Source of the DNA: a virus
Taxonomy: Duplodnaviria > Heunggongvirae > Uroviricota > Caudoviricetes
Reading direction: 5' to 3' (one strand)
IMG/VR virus record: IMGVR_UViG_2778261280_000005
Location: 1 to 40,563 of that record
Length of the DNA: 40,563 nt
Shown: piece by piece, positions 1-8,978 of the stretch
Layout: every line of letters begins with the position of its first letter
Numbering within the stretch: the first letter of the stretch is position 1
Notes under the pieces: model-generated
The model's database searches: none
What the model saw: only the letters and a program-made list of their open reading frames with translations
What the model was told of the DNA's origin: nothing
Program-made: the position numbers and the translations under genes

Positions 1-1248
1 ATGGCACTGAATATTCCATTCAGAAATGCGTACTATCGTTTTGCATCCAGTTACTCATTTCTCTTTTTTATTTCCTGGTCGCTGTGGTGGTCGTTATACG
101 CTATTTGGCTGAAAGGACATCTAGGGTTGACAGGGACGGAATTAGGTACACTTTATTCGGTCAACCAGTTTACCAGCATTCTATTTATGATGTTCTACGG
201 CATCGTTCAGGATAAACTCGGTCTGAAGAAACCGCTCATCTGGTGTATGAGTTTCATCCTGGTCTTGACCGGACCGTTTATGATTTACGTTTATGAACCG
301 TTACTGCAAAGCAATTTTTCTGTAGGTCTAATTCTGGGGGCGCTATTTTTTGGCTTGGGGTATCTGGCGGGATGCGGTTTGCTTGATAGCTTCACCGAAA
401 AAATGGCGCGAAATTTTCATTTCGAATATGGAACAGCGCGCGCCTGGGGATCTTTTGGCTATGCTATTGGCGCGTTCTTTGCCGGCATATTTTTTAGTAT
501 CAGTCCCCATATCAACTTCTGGTTGGTCTCGCTATTTGGCGCTGTATTTATGATGATCAACATGCGTTTTAAAGATAAGGATCACCAGTGCGTAGCGGCA
601 GATGCGGGAGGGGTAAAAAAAGAGGATTTTATCGCAGTTTTCAAGGATCGAAACTTCTGGGTTTTCGTCATATTTATTGTGGGGACGTGGTCTTTCTATA
701 ACATTTTTGATCAACAACTTTTTCCTGTCTTTTATGCAGGTTTATTCGAATCACACGATGTAGGAACGCGCCTGTATGGTTATCTCAACTCATTCCAGGT
801 GGTACTCGAAGCGCTGTGCATGGCGATTATTCCTTTCTTTGTGAATCGGGTAGGGCCAAAAAATGCATTACTTATCGGAGTTGTGATTATGGCGTTGCGT
901 ATCCTTTCCTGCGCGCTGTTCGTTAACCCCTGGATTATTTCATTAGTGAAGTTGTTACATGCCATTGAGGTTCCACTTTGTGTCATATCCGTCTTCAAAT
1001 ACAGCGTGGCAAACTTTGATAAGCGCCTGTCGTCGACGATCTTTCTGATTGGTTTTCAAATTGCCAGTTCGCTTGGGATTGTGCTGCTTTCAACGCCGAC
1101 TGGGATACTCTTTGACCACGCAGGCTACCAGACAGTTTTCTTCGCAATTTCGGGTATTGTCTGCCTGATGTTGCTATTTGGCATTTTCTTCTTGAGTAAA
1201 AAACGCGAGCAAATAGTTATGGAAACGCCTGTACCTTCAGCAATATAG
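1..1248 (+). CDS. cscB: Sucrose:H+ symporter, LacY-family MFS permease (host gene)
   Basis: 415-aa ORF with ATG at nt 1; strongly hydrophobic multi-TM protein; N-terminus MALNIPFRNAYYRF... matches my recollection of E. coli CscB; not database-verified. Confidence 0.75.
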   Translation: MALNIPFRNAYYRFASSYSFLFFISWSLWWSLYAIWLKGHLGLTGTELGTLYSVNQFTSILFMMFYGIVQDKLGLKKPLIWCMSFILVLTGPFMIYVYEPLLQSNFSVGLILGALFFGLGYLAGCGLLDSFTEKMARNFHFEYGTARAWGSFGYAIGAFFAGIFFSISPHINFWLVSLFGAVFMMINMRFKDKDHQCVAADAGGVKKEDFIAVFKDRNFWVFVIFIVGTWSFYNIFDQQLFPVFYAGLFESHDVGTRLYGYLNSFQVVLEALCMAIIPFFVNRVGPKNALLIGVVIMALRILSCALFVNPWIISLVKLLHAIEVPLCVISVFKYSVANFDKRLSSTIFLIGFQIASSLGIVLLSTPTGILFDHAGYQTVFFAISGIVCLMLLFGIFFLSKKREQIVMETPVPSAI

Positions 1249-1689
1249 ACGTAAACTTTTTCCGGTTGTTGTCGATAGCTCTATATCCCTCAACCGGAAA
1301 ATAATAATAGTAAAATGCTTAGCCCTGCTAATAATCGCCTAATCCAAACGCCTCATTCATGTTCTGGTACAGTCGCTCAAATGTACTTCAGATGCGCGGT
1401 TCGCTGATTTCCAGGACATTGTCGTCATTCAGTGACCTGTCCCGTGTATCACGGTCCTGCGAATTCATCAAGGAATGCATTGCGGAGTGAAGTATCGAGT
1501 CACGCCATATTTCGCTATCAGGATTCTGTGTGATGGTTACATCGCCCGGCCCAGGGCTGTTTAGTCATCAGCGCTTTCTGACAGTGCTGAGATTTCAACC
1601 TGTTGCAGTAAAAATGAGTAGATATAAGGCAAGTGTGCTGCCAAACCCATCTTTTACGGGGTGAAGGTAGATTTCGTTTGAAGGGTATC

Positions 1690-1704
1690 TGGTGTCCCCT
1701 GCAG
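1690..1704 (-). other. Putative att core: 15 bp identical to 3' end of tRNA-Arg (argW) including CCA
   Basis: tggtgtcccctgcag is the reverse complement of CTGCAGGGGACACCA, the argW 3' end as I recall it; sits at the host/phage transition between cscB flank and xis. Confidence 0.5.
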
Positions 1705-1777
1705 ACATCTACTTGGCGCGGCAGGGGATTGATTGGAATGGTATTTTTTAGATGTGAAAAATATTTTACCCGCTATT

Positions 1778-1978
1778 TTACCCATTCGCGCGGCTTAAGA
1801 GCTTATTTTTGAATTCACAATGGTCACGATATAACCATCTTGCTCGACCGTGGATAACTTTGGCTTTTGGCAGGTCGCCGGACTTAATCCGGTCGTAGAT
1901 GAAGGTTTTACCAAAGCCAGTATCGGCCATGATGAATTTCAAATCAACCAGTGAATCAGGCTGTAGTTCGTGTTGCAT
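1778..1978 (-). CDS. AlpA-family excisionase / HTH DNA-binding protein
   Basis: 66-aa ORF, ATG at 1978 with GGAG RBS; small basic HTH protein with ...GRARWLYRD... pattern typical of AlpA/Xis; first gene inside the att junction. Confidence 0.6.
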   Translation of the reverse strand: MQHELQPDSLVDLKFIMADTGFGKTFIYDRIKSGDLPKAKVIHGRARWLYRDHCEFKNKLLSRANG

Positions 1979-2022
1979 GAGTGCTATCTCCGAATAGGGA
2001 ATCGAACCTGCAAATCAGGCAA

Positions 2023-2043
2023 TAAAAAACCGCATTGATGCGG
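2023..2043 (-). terminator. Rho-independent terminator (minus strand)
   Basis: Hairpin ccgcattgatgcgg (2030-2043) preceded on + strand by aaaaaa (T-run on minus), downstream of the 114-aa gene. Confidence 0.5.
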
Positions 2044-2102
2044 CGATGGTAGGCCTTGATATCTTGAGAAATGAACAGGCCTCATCGAGTGTGAGGCTGT
2101 AG

Positions 2103-2447
2103 TTAGTCCTTGCGTAGCTCGCTAATTCTTCTGTAAGTCTCTGGTGCTTTGTTTCCGTGTATCTTCATTTCAGACTTCAACAGAGCAACGAGGGAATCCC
2201 ATTCGTTGAGGATTCCTTTGAATGCCGGAACGCGCTTTGCAACCTTGTCGAATGAATCTCTGATTTCTGGAATCTGCTCAACAAGTGCAACGCATCGCCG
2301 GAAATCGGCTGCGTCATGTGGAGCGCCGAAGTGATGACCATAGATATTCTTTTTCAGTCCACATGCGATTGAGGCAAGAGTTGCGCTACTGATGCCGACA
2401 TCGCCAGTCGATTGCCATTTCAAAACCTTCATAGCCAAATCTGACAT
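2103..2447 (-). CDS. Hypothetical protein (114 aa)
   Basis: ATG at 2447 with GGAGA RBS; no family recognised. Confidence 0.55.
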   Translation of the reverse strand: MSDLAMKVLKWQSTGDVGISSATLASIACGLKKNIYGHHFGAPHDAADFRRCVALVEQIPEIRDSFDKVAKRVPAFKGILNEWDSLVALLKSEMKIHGNKAPETYRRISELRKD

Positions 2448-2504
2448 TTCTTGTCTCCATAAAACAAAACCCGCCGTAGCGAGTTCAGATAAAAGAAATC
2501 CGCA

Positions 2505-3305
2505 TTAAGCGGCGTCGGTGAATTCAAATAAAAAACCGGCTTGCGCCGGCTCTCTCATCTTTCTGTCTACCCATGCTGATATCGATGGCGGGTGCACCTT
2601 TTCAATAGCAGCGCGAAGTACAGCTGTACGTGCCAGTTTGTCGGTAATCTCAGGAAATCGCTTCTCTGTCTTCGGTACGTTAACAGCAACATTAGTAGAA
2701 TCCGCACTGGCGAACGGATACATACCAAGAACTCTCACGTCGAGCATTCGAAGACCATGAATTTTCACTTTCAAATTACGATTGATATAAAGCTCAGTGA
2801 AAACTTCATCCATTCTCTGTTCCCACCATTTAGAGCGTATGTGCCTGTGTGGTCCGCAGCATCCAATCGCCACCCATTCAAATTTGCCAGAAAGGCGTAA
2901 AAGACGTTCAATTGATTCGTCGGTATGCCAGACCGGAACCGCTTTTGATTTTAGCCAATCAGGAACCAACTCAATCTGCTTGTCGTTTTCTGCCTCTGTC
3001 CCTTCGATAACGTCAGGTATAAGAAACCATTCAATTCTGCTGAACCACTTCCCAACAAAGTCGTAGAATTTTGCTCGTCTCTTACTCCAGTCTACCGGAG
3101 TGCCTTTCTTTAATGCTTTCATCCAGTCGCTAAAAGCGCCGTTATCAAGGCGTATATCACAAGGGAACATGGCAATCTTTTTCATCTGCTCTGGTCTGGC
3201 AAATGAAACAAAAGCCCCACCATCACGGTAAAGGGCTTTAATCAGCATATCTGTAGGGGCATGCTCATCCCCCCATATTGGGCTGCCGTGAAAGTGGATG
3301 GTCAT
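2505..3305 (-). CDS. Hypothetical protein (266 aa), function unknown
   Basis: Long ORF with ATG at 3305; flanked by hairpins on both sides; no motif I can assign with confidence. Confidence 0.7.
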   Translation of the reverse strand: MTIHFHGSPIWGDEHAPTDMLIKALYRDGGAFVSFARPEQMKKIAMFPCDIRLDNGAFSDWMKALKKGTPVDWSKRRAKFYDFVGKWFSRIEWFLIPDVIEGTEAENDKQIELVPDWLKSKAVPVWHTDESIERLLRLSGKFEWVAIGCCGPHRHIRSKWWEQRMDEVFTELYINRNLKVKIHGLRMLDVRVLGMYPFASADSTNVAVNVPKTEKRFPEITDKLARTAVLRAAIEKVHPPSISAWVDRKMREPAQAGFLFEFTDAA

Positions 3306-3347
3306 ATTATCCCCATATAAAAGAAATCCCCGCGAGTGCGAGGATTG

Positions 3348-3437
3348 TTATTGTCTTTTCTTCGTGCATTTGTCGCACTTTCGGCACCATCCAGATAGGC
3401 ACATCCGTCCGCAATTAACACATATAGGCCACATCAT
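3348..3437 (-). CDS. Small Cys-rich ORF (29 aa), possible zinc-ribbon peptide
   Basis: MMWPICVNCGRMCLSGWCRKCDKCTKKRQ; ATG overlaps the TGA of the upstream gene (TGATG) and follows GAGGA; below the 60-aa ORF-track threshold. Confidence 0.3.
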   Translation of the reverse strand: MMWPICVNCGRMCLSGWCRKCDKCTKKRQ

Positions 3438-3712
3438 TTTTCCTCTTTTGGTTTATGAATCTGAATGGTCATGCCGCTTTGAGTGGTGACTACAACGACA
3501 GAACCAGGCTGAAGACTGTTAAGATTGAATGCTTCGTAAAACGAATCCAAGGCCAGCGCTTTTTTATTCTTTCGGTTCCACCAACGCCATCCCTTGCTAC
3601 AGGCTACACTGACAATCCACTGTCCACTCCTGTAAGCCATATAAAACCAGATGAGCAAAACCTGAAGGAAGGCTATCCAGTCAATGATCGTATATTTCGC
3701 GAAGGAGTCCAT
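3434..3712 (-). CDS. Small membrane protein (92 aa)
   Basis: Internal ATG at 3712 preceded by AGGAGG and overlapping the upstream stop (TGATG); the track's longer version starts at TTG; hydrophobic segment IIDWIAFLQVLLIWFYMAY. Confidence 0.5.
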   Translation of the reverse strand: MDSFAKYTIIDWIAFLQVLLIWFYMAYRSGQWIVSVACSKGWRWWNRKNKKALALDSFYEAFNLNSLQPGSVVVVTTQSGMTIQIHKPKEEK

Positions 3713-3924
3713 CACTTCACCTCCTGCGCCGTTTTGATGATTGCTGCCAGACAATTCTTGCAAGGAACAAGCAGCGTTCCCTGCTCAATGCTCAACAGCG
3801 CGTGCTGAGCATCCTGAAACAACCAGTCTGAAAATTGTGGCGCATGTCCGCACCACGTTTCTATTTCATGCTTTGCAAGTTTAACTCCCTCTCGATAGTC
3901 ATATTTGATGATGTGCTTGCTCAC
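3712..3924 (-). CDS. Hypothetical protein (70 aa), GTG start
   Basis: ORF begins GTG overlapping the upstream stop (GTGA); contains C/H residues (WCGH...CKNC); weak support. Confidence 0.35.
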   Translation of the reverse strand: MSKHIIKYDYREGVKLAKHEIETWCGHAPQFSDWLFQDAQHALLSIEQGTLLVPCKNCLAAIIKTAQEVK

Positions 3925-4709
3925 GACTTAACCTCCTGTTTCGGCGCTGCTGGCATTTCACGCCAGTGCGTAACTGAGTGCGGATCCGGATATTCGGTGC
4001 CATCATCCCAGCGATTGCCATTCCACATTGCAGACCACATCTCACCGTCTTCATACATGACCATTACCGGAATTAACTTATCCGGCATTCTCTTACTACA
4101 GCTTATCCAACCATCCGGAGTTACCGGATAGTTGCCAGCCTGAACAGTAGGCATATCAGGACCTTTGCGAATCGCCCTGGCAAGATCGATTGGGTCGTCG
4201 TACAACCAGTCACCTGTTTGCGGATGATTGGCTTCTGCCAATTGTGCAGCCCACTCCAGGCCGTCTTTGTGTCCTTGCAGATAGTCCAGCGGTAACTCAT
4301 CACTATTACTTACAGGTTCGGCCTGAAGCATGGCGGCGCGGCAGGCGTTCCAGCCAGCTGTTCGCCCAAGCGCGTAAACTTCAGATGGCTCAAGATAATC
4401 AATGTCATGCCCGTCCTCATCGTCGTTCTCAGGTAATGCAGCAGGTACTACCGGTACTGGCGGAGCGGCGTAGACCTCAATAATTCCATTATCAATAGGC
4501 CATTCTCCATCCTTTAGGTAGTCACTTGTGCCGTCAACTTGCTGTTCTGCAATGTGGAATGCACCTATTGGTTTTGCTTCCAGCGATGCCAGAGCAATTC
4601 GTGCCAGTTCTTCCGCTTCTTCTGCTGGCAGTACAACGTTGCTACCAGGTCCGTATATTTCGCGCCACTGCTTGATTGTCAGCAGTCGCTCTTTGGTAAT
4701 AGTGGTCAT
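3921..4709 (-). CDS. Hypothetical protein with DUF551-like C-terminal domain
   Basis: 262-aa ORF, ATG at 4709; Trp/Asp-rich C-terminus resembling the DUF551 domain common in lambdoid early regions (recollection). Confidence 0.6.
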   Translation of the reverse strand: MTTITKERLLTIKQWREIYGPGSNVVLPAEEAEELARIALASLEAKPIGAFHIAEQQVDGTSDYLKDGEWPIDNGIIEVYAAPPVPVVPAALPENDDEDGHDIDYLEPSEVYALGRTAGWNACRAAMLQAEPVSNSDELPLDYLQGHKDGLEWAAQLAEANHPQTGDWLYDDPIDLARAIRKGPDMPTVQAGNYPVTPDGWISCSKRMPDKLIPVMVMYEDGEMWSAMWNGNRWDDGTEYPDPHSVTHWREMPAAPKQEVKS

Positions 4710-4711
4710 AG

Positions 4712-4903
4712 CTATTTCACCTTAATCTCAACATTTCGCAGTTTTAGCTCTACTGGCAGGTCTGACTTTCCGGTTAATGCTAATGCGAGATTTTCTGGAG
4801 TAATTAGAGCAGTTATTGTTTTCCCCATCGCCAGACGAATAATCATTCGTATTTCGCTATCGTCACATGCTCTTGGTCGAACAATTGATATTTGTCCGTT
4901 CAT
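4712..4903 (-). CDS. Hypothetical protein (63 aa)
   Basis: ATG at 4903 preceded by AAGGAG and overlapping the upstream stop; track ORF starts at TTG further upstream. Confidence 0.4.
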   Translation of the reverse strand: MNGQISIVRPRACDDSEIRMIIRLAMGKTITALITPENLALALTGKSDLPVELKLRNVEIKVK

Positions 4904-4904
4904 A

Positions 4905-5801
4905 TCACTCTCCTTTGATGCGAATGCCAGCAAACCAGTTTCTTATGCCGATATATTCAGCGTTCCTGAAACCGCTTTTTACATATATAAAAGGCAAGCG
5001 AAGATTGTGACCATTGACTGCCAAGTAGTCTTTACAACCCTGCTCGGTGAAACAGCAGGTCACGAATTCATCAATATCTTTCACAGCAACGCGCCGCCAT
5101 TTTTCTGGTGGCTCCCGAAAGTTTTCATGAAGTAGTTCGAGACGACGACTTTGGCGTTTATTGGCTTCATTGCCATCTTCGTCAACCCAGACAATCCGGT
5201 CATGGTCATAATCAGCATCAACAACGATTTCGCGCTTTTGATACACACAAAACATGGGATCTGACGTTATTCGATTGTCCTGTGTTCGAATATTTTCACC
5301 GATGATGCCAAACGAATCTGGTGCAGATTTTGTCTGCATCTCTTCGATACGTTCAGCCATCGCAGCACACTCTTCAAAGTTGCTTAATGCTTTTCGCTCC
5401 CATTCGGCGCATTGTTTTCTAAGCTCTGCAATCAGCTTGTCTTTGCCTTCCAGCTCAACACGCAGATTCCCTACCGTTAGCGCAATATCCTCGTTCTCCT
5501 GGTCGCGGCGTTTGATGTATTGCTGGTTTCTTTCCCGTTCATCCAGTAGTGCCAGCACAGTAGCCGGGTTGGCTGCGGCGATGAATTCAGCATTGGCCTG
5601 CTGCTCCATTTGGAAATCTTCATCGAAGCCGCTTTCAGGATGCGCTCCTTCAATTCTGCAAATGGGAAGATATCCAACAACGTCACGATGAATTAGCGCA
5701 TCATCACAATCAAATCGGCCCTCTCCATATTCGAGCGACCACTCGCCACACGTTGCTTTTTCTGCCTTAGCACGCAGTGCCTGGTAGTCAATTTCGCTCA
5801 C
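4905..5801 (-). CDS. Ead/Ea22-like protein
   Basis: 298-aa ORF, GTG start at 5801 with AAGGAG RBS; N-terminus MSEIDYQALRAKAEKAT... resembles Ea22-like lambdoid early proteins (recollection). Confidence 0.6.
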   Translation of the reverse strand: MSEIDYQALRAKAEKATCGEWSLEYGEGRFDCDDALIHRDVVGYLPICRIEGAHPESGFDEDFQMEQQANAEFIAAANPATVLALLDERERNQQYIKRRDQENEDIALTVGNLRVELEGKDKLIAELRKQCAEWERKALSNFEECAAMAERIEEMQTKSAPDSFGIIGENIRTQDNRITSDPMFCVYQKREIVVDADYDHDRIVWVDEDGNEANKRQSRRLELLHENFREPPEKWRRVAVKDIDEFVTCCFTEQGCKDYLAVNGHNLRLPFIYVKSGFRNAEYIGIRNWFAGIRIKGE

Positions 5802-6105
5802 TGGTTGTCTCCTTTGCTGGGCCTTCTAACTTCTGAGTGGTTGTATCAAACTCAAACAACTTAACCACGTCATCAAACAGGACATAATCGCCATCAGAAT
5901 CTTCAGTCATGTCAGCGCCACAATCCTGACCGAACGAGTCACAACCATCCATATCAAGCTCGTATCGCTTGAGTTTTGCGATATTTGATAAATTCAGCGT
6001 CAGTACAGCAAGGTCATAAACCTCTTCGGCGGTATACCCTGCACCATGCCCATACATTTCAATGCGCGATATGATTTCTTCTACTCGTTGTTTTGTGATT
6101 GTCAT
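5788..6105 (-). CDS. Hypothetical protein (105 aa)
   Basis: ATG at 6105; acidic small protein in the leftward early operon. Confidence 0.5.
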   Translation of the reverse strand: MTITKQRVEEIISRIEMYGHGAGYTAEEVYDLAVLTLNLSNIAKLKRYELDMDGCDSFGQDCGADMTEDSDGDYVLFDDVVKLFEFDTTTQKLEGPAKETTSERN

Positions 6106-6536
6106 TTTTGCCCTCCTCCTTTGCGAAGCTGGGCAGCAAAGTCACGGATAGTGCCATCAAGGTCTGGACACAACAGATTGTCAGCAAACATCTCAACCCC
6201 CTGTGCACGAATTTCAGCCAGGAAAGCATCGGTGGCTGGGGTTTCAGTAACATCATCTTCCCATTCGCTAAACTCCTCACGACAAAAGTCATTAAATTCC
6301 TTCTCAGATTGCTTAAGCGAGGTATTTTCAGCAGCCATCTTCGCGCACTTTGCCTCAAGGTTATCAATCGTGATTCCAGCAGAACTACACTCCCGCAACG
6401 CCGTTTCTAGTTTTGATTCAAGTTCACCGAACTTACGGACAAGATATTCAGCGTTTGTTTCGTTAACCTTTAAATCTCGTGGGATGCATTTACCTTTCAG
6501 GAATCCATCCATCTCAATTAGTGACATTTGTTTCAT
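6102..6536 (-). CDS. Hypothetical protein (about 144 aa)
   Basis: Start re-set to ATG at 6536, which overlaps the stop of the upstream small ORF (ATGA); the track start at 6554 is GTG with no RBS. Confidence 0.5.
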   Translation of the reverse strand: MKQMSLIEMDGFLKGKCIPRDLKVNETNAEYLVRKFGELESKLETALRECSSAGITIDNLEAKCAKMAAENTSLKQSEKEFNDFCREEFSEWEDDVTETPATDAFLAEIRAQGVEMFADNLLCPDLDGTIRDFAAQLRKGGGQK

Positions 6537-6697
6537 TTCTTCCCACTCCGCCACATCGCATTCAGATATTTGTTTTGATTCACTGAAGGAAAAGAATTTC
6601 TCTTAAGCAATTCCTCTCTCGATGGCATTGGCTTTACGCGTTGGCGAATAATCATTTCTGCCGGAAGAATGCCGGGATTGTATGCAAGTCCTCTCAT
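6533..6697 (-). CDS. Small ORF (54 aa), translationally coupled
   Basis: ATG at 6697 preceded by AAGAGGA at good spacing; stop overlaps ATG of the next gene; below the ORF-track threshold. Confidence 0.3.
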   Translation of the reverse strand: MRGLAYNPGILPAEMIIRQRVKPMPSREELLKRNSFPSVNQNKYLNAMWRSGKK

Positions 6698-6713
6698 GGT
6701 AAATTCCTCTTTG

Positions 6714-7028
6714 TTAATTTACTCGTATGCCTGCTCTTTCTTCATCGAGTTTTTTTAGCTTGTATCGCATAGCCCTTACTGAATAAATTGAGCGGCAGGT
6801 TGCAATTGCTATTTCTTCTGCGGAGAACTTACCGAAAAGTGATACTTCGGCTCTTGTCCAGCGTCTTCCACGAAGTCGGCTAACAATGTCAGCGCCAATC
6901 CTTGTTGCTTTCGCCATTACTGCTTTTTCAGTCCTTTCCAGTTTTTCTGCGATAACTTCAACTGGCATTGTCGCCGCTACCTCGCGCAAGAAATCGACTT
7001 CCCATTTCTCCCATGGAGTCTTTTTCAT
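6714..7028 (-). CDS. Hypothetical protein (104 aa)
   Basis: ATG at 7028; no family recognised. Confidence 0.5.
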   Translation of the reverse strand: MKKTPWEKWEVDFLREVAATMPVEVIAEKLERTEKAVMAKATRIGADIVSRLRGRRWTRAEVSLFGKFSAEEIAIATCRSIYSVRAMRYKLKKLDEERAGIRVN

Positions 7029-7039
7029 AGGCGATACCG

Positions 7040-7528
7040 TTATTTGATAAGAAGTGAAGGTTTCCCAACTTTGAGTTGAGCGCCGGGGATATTTATTCCT
7101 GCTTTTAGTTGGTGTTTGATTGCCAGTTTGTCGGCTTTAATTGTCGTTTCAAACTCAACGTATTCAGGAGGAATGGCGCTTGAGTCGATGATTTCTACAG
7201 TTTCTGACGGTTTGCGGATTGTTACCTGGTGAATACCTGCTCTAATCTTTTTCTTGCCAACCATTTCAAGCGATGAGGCTATATATGCCATAATGCTGTC
7301 AATCTTATTTTGAATTACTGCGGCTCGCTCATTCAGTGACTTTGCCTCTTCCTTGAGGCGTTCAGCATAACCAGATTCATTTTTAATAATGGCAAGAAGT
7401 TGCTCTATTTTATCGGTAAATTCTCCTTCCATGCCTTCTATTGTGTCAGCAATCATCTCTGGTTCTAAATCTGAATCCATCAATTTTGCGTATTCATTGG
7501 CTATTTCATACAGTTTGCTCACTGGCAA
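7040..7528 (-). CDS. Gp157-like protein (recombination-module associated)
   Basis: 162-aa ORF immediately downstream of recT on the same strand; resembles the siphovirus Gp157 family by recollection. Confidence 0.5.
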   Translation of the reverse strand: MPVSKLYEIANEYAKLMDSDLEPEMIADTIEGMEGEFTDKIEQLLAIIKNESGYAERLKEEAKSLNERAAVIQNKIDSIMAYIASSLEMVGKKKIRAGIHQVTIRKPSETVEIIDSSAIPPEYVEFETTIKADKLAIKHQLKAGINIPGAQLKVGKPSLLIK

Positions 7529-8417
7529 CCTCCAGTTTCGCTTTGCATTCTATGTAAATGGCTTGTACGTTCTGCTGCAATTTCATTCCAGATGTCAGGC
7601 GATATGCTTCTGCAAAATATCGCTTCAAATCATCCATGTTTTCTGCCTGAGCCATTTCATCGCAAAGAAGTTGTACTTTATCCATTATTTCCTGCTGGCG
7701 TTTCCGTTCATCTTCGCGGATATCTTCCTCTGATTTGTGCGGCATAACTGGTTCAGTCCATACACCTTCTTCTTCGTTTAGTACGTGAATAGCACTATCA
7801 AGACGTGATGCCTTAGGCCAATACTTGCTTGCACGCTTTACGACCGTCTTTCGCGCCATCTCATTCCAGTGATTTACCCATGGTCCTTTATCGCTGAATG
7901 CTGCCTTGCTTGTTTTCCTTACAGCCTCAATTTCAGCCAGACTCATCTCTTCCGTTAGATAATCACCTGCTGGCGTCTTAACTGTGCAGTAAACGCCAAC
8001 AATATCACCACGATCACCGAAGGCGTTGTATTTATGGGTTGGTGCTTTATCAAGCCCGTTTGACTCATAGGTATCGTTAGCATGAACAAGTTTTGCCTGA
8101 CCCCATGATATAACACCAGACTCCATTGCAATATGGAGCAATCCCATATAACTGATATCAAGGCACACCATGCCGTCGCGCGGAACCAGATAAGCCAGTT
8201 TGCTAGCCGGGTTTAAGGTGATACCGATCGCCGCAACATTGATGATGGCGTTCTGTGCGCTGGTTGGATTTGCCAGTGCTGTTTTAGCCAGGTAATCATT
8301 TTTCTGGAAATACTGAATTGCAAACTGGCTTTCCTTAGCCCATGTCACCGTCTGTTCAGTCAATGCTCCGCAGAATAACTGCTCTTGCTGTTTAACGAAT
8401 TCAACGATATTGCTCAT
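7506..8417 (-). CDS. recT: RecT-family single-strand annealing recombinase
   Basis: 303-aa ORF; GPWVNHWNEMARKTVVKR matches the conserved RecT segment GPWVTHWEEMAKKTAIRR (recollection of Rac RecT). Confidence 0.85.
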   Translation of the reverse strand: MSNIVEFVKQQEQLFCGALTEQTVTWAKESQFAIQYFQKNDYLAKTALANPTSAQNAIINVAAIGITLNPASKLAYLVPRDGMVCLDISYMGLLHIAMESGVISWGQAKLVHANDTYESNGLDKAPTHKYNAFGDRGDIVGVYCTVKTPAGDYLTEEMSLAEIEAVRKTSKAAFSDKGPWVNHWNEMARKTVVKRASKYWPKASRLDSAIHVLNEEEGVWTEPVMPHKSEEDIREDERKRQQEIMDKVQLLCDEMAQAENMDDLKRYFAEAYRLTSGMKLQQNVQAIYIECKAKLEVASEQTV

Positions 8418-8725
8418 GCTGCTTCTCCATAAACGTGTCTGCGTTTGAATATTGCGAAGGCATATTCAGCCTTAACTCTTTCGGTTATTGCATCCCAGAA
8501 CCATTCAGCGGCTTTTTCCTGATAGTTACAGTCATAATCTTCCAGCCAGTCGATAGCGTCCTTAGTGTGTTCATCTGGTTTATATGAGCGAAGCATTTCG
8601 CTTATTGGGTCGAAACGTTTGCAGAGGCGATCAACTTCACTGTTGATTCGTTCGTAATCTTCATCAGTAAAACTTGCGATTATTTGCGATATTTCACGCT
8701 CATCTTTCAGAGTCAGAATCATCAT
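8414..8725 (-). CDS. Hypothetical protein (103 aa)
   Basis: ATG at 8725/8722 preceded by AGGAG; acidic protein. Confidence 0.5.
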   Translation of the reverse strand: MMILTLKDEREISQIIASFTDEDYERINSEVDRLCKRFDPISEMLRSYKPDEHTKDAIDWLEDYDCNYQEKAAEWFWDAITERVKAEYAFAIFKRRHVYGEAA

Positions 8726-8806
8726 CTTTCTCCTGTTCTTTGTGCTGATTGAGCATTTCTTTCATCTGACGAATGAATTCTTCGTCTGACCAGTTATCTG
8801 TAAAAC

Positions 8807-8978
8807 TCATGGACGGCCTTGTTGTTTCAAAATATCCCAAAGCTTTTCGAGCAAACTTTTCATTCTTGGTTGTTTAAAGTCTGCTCCGGTTAAAATATTT
8901 TTTCGTGAATGCTGCACCGATAAAATCGGGTTGAAAGGGCGAACCGATGCCGCCCCTGCAATAGCGAACTGTTGCATA
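8807..8978 (-). CDS. Hypothetical small protein (56 aa)
   Basis: ATG at 8978 with AAGGAG RBS; the track ORF (to 9082) starts at TTG and is probably over-extended. Confidence 0.4.

Noticed and set aside
350-998. ORFs nested in or antisense to cscB (350-553, 532-717, 780-998)
   Set aside because: They overlap a well-supported permease gene; no independent evidence
1998-2013. Possible tRNA gene suggested by a 16-nt match to a tRNA-Arg T-arm
   Set aside because: No acceptor stem, D-arm or anticodon arm can be built around it; only noted as a possible att/tRNA relic
2505-3305. Assignment of the 266-aa protein as a DNA-modifying transglycosylase (DpdA/TGT-like) or PAPS-reductase-like enzyme
   Set aside because: I could not identify the diagnostic motifs (for example an SGGKDS P-loop or the TGT zinc site) from the sequence alone; left as hypothetical pending profile searches
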